Made by a program: the position numbers and the translations under genes
Notes under the pieces: generated by a model
What the model was told of the DNA's origin: nothing
Seen by the model: only the letters and a program-made list of their open reading frames with translations
Database searches by the model: none
Assembly: GCA_013239625.1 (NCBI GenBank)
Contig: MU054117.1
Coordinates: forward strand, 2,044,011-2,108,010
Reading direction: 5' to 3'
Source: Lama guanicoe
Lineage: Eukaryota
DNA length: 64,000 nt
Shown: positions 63,991 through 64,000 of the stretch, piece after piece
Layout: every line of letters starts with the position of its first letter
How positions within the stretch are numbered: the first letter of the stretch is position 1

Positions 63991-64000
63991 GTAGGCGCTG

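Overview
Mammalian, GC-rich genomic DNA; nothing here looks prokaryotic, CRISPR-like or operon-like. The tRNA-Ala-derived SINE family resembles the camelid Vic-1 type, so the source is probably a camelid (inference). The + strand carries two tandem SLC6 GABA/osmolyte transporter paralogs. SLC6A13 (GAT-2) is complete: 14 GT-AG coding exons, 8933..39770, 1809 nt = 602 aa + stop. SLC6A12 (BGT-1) has 13 coding exons in the window, 49203..63990, 1698 nt, with the last exon beyond the window end. Introns hold SINEs, L1, L2, MIR and MER DNA-transposon relics and two N gaps. Most ORF-track ORFs are GC-rich noise. Best observations: (1) patchy near-identity between the two paralogs extending into intron flanks, which looks like gene conversion and spares the Leu/Gln substrate-pocket codon; (2) a cluster of TonE/NFAT5 motifs plus a kB palindrome upstream of SLC6A12; (3) a CpG island with CTCF-like motifs between the genes; (4) a MIR-derived 5'UTR exon; (5) unusual BGT-1 substitutions at positions conserved in the paralog. 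I do not see a wholly new biological system. Repeat boundaries and family names were judged by eye and are approximate; comparisons to human or dog sequences are from memory.
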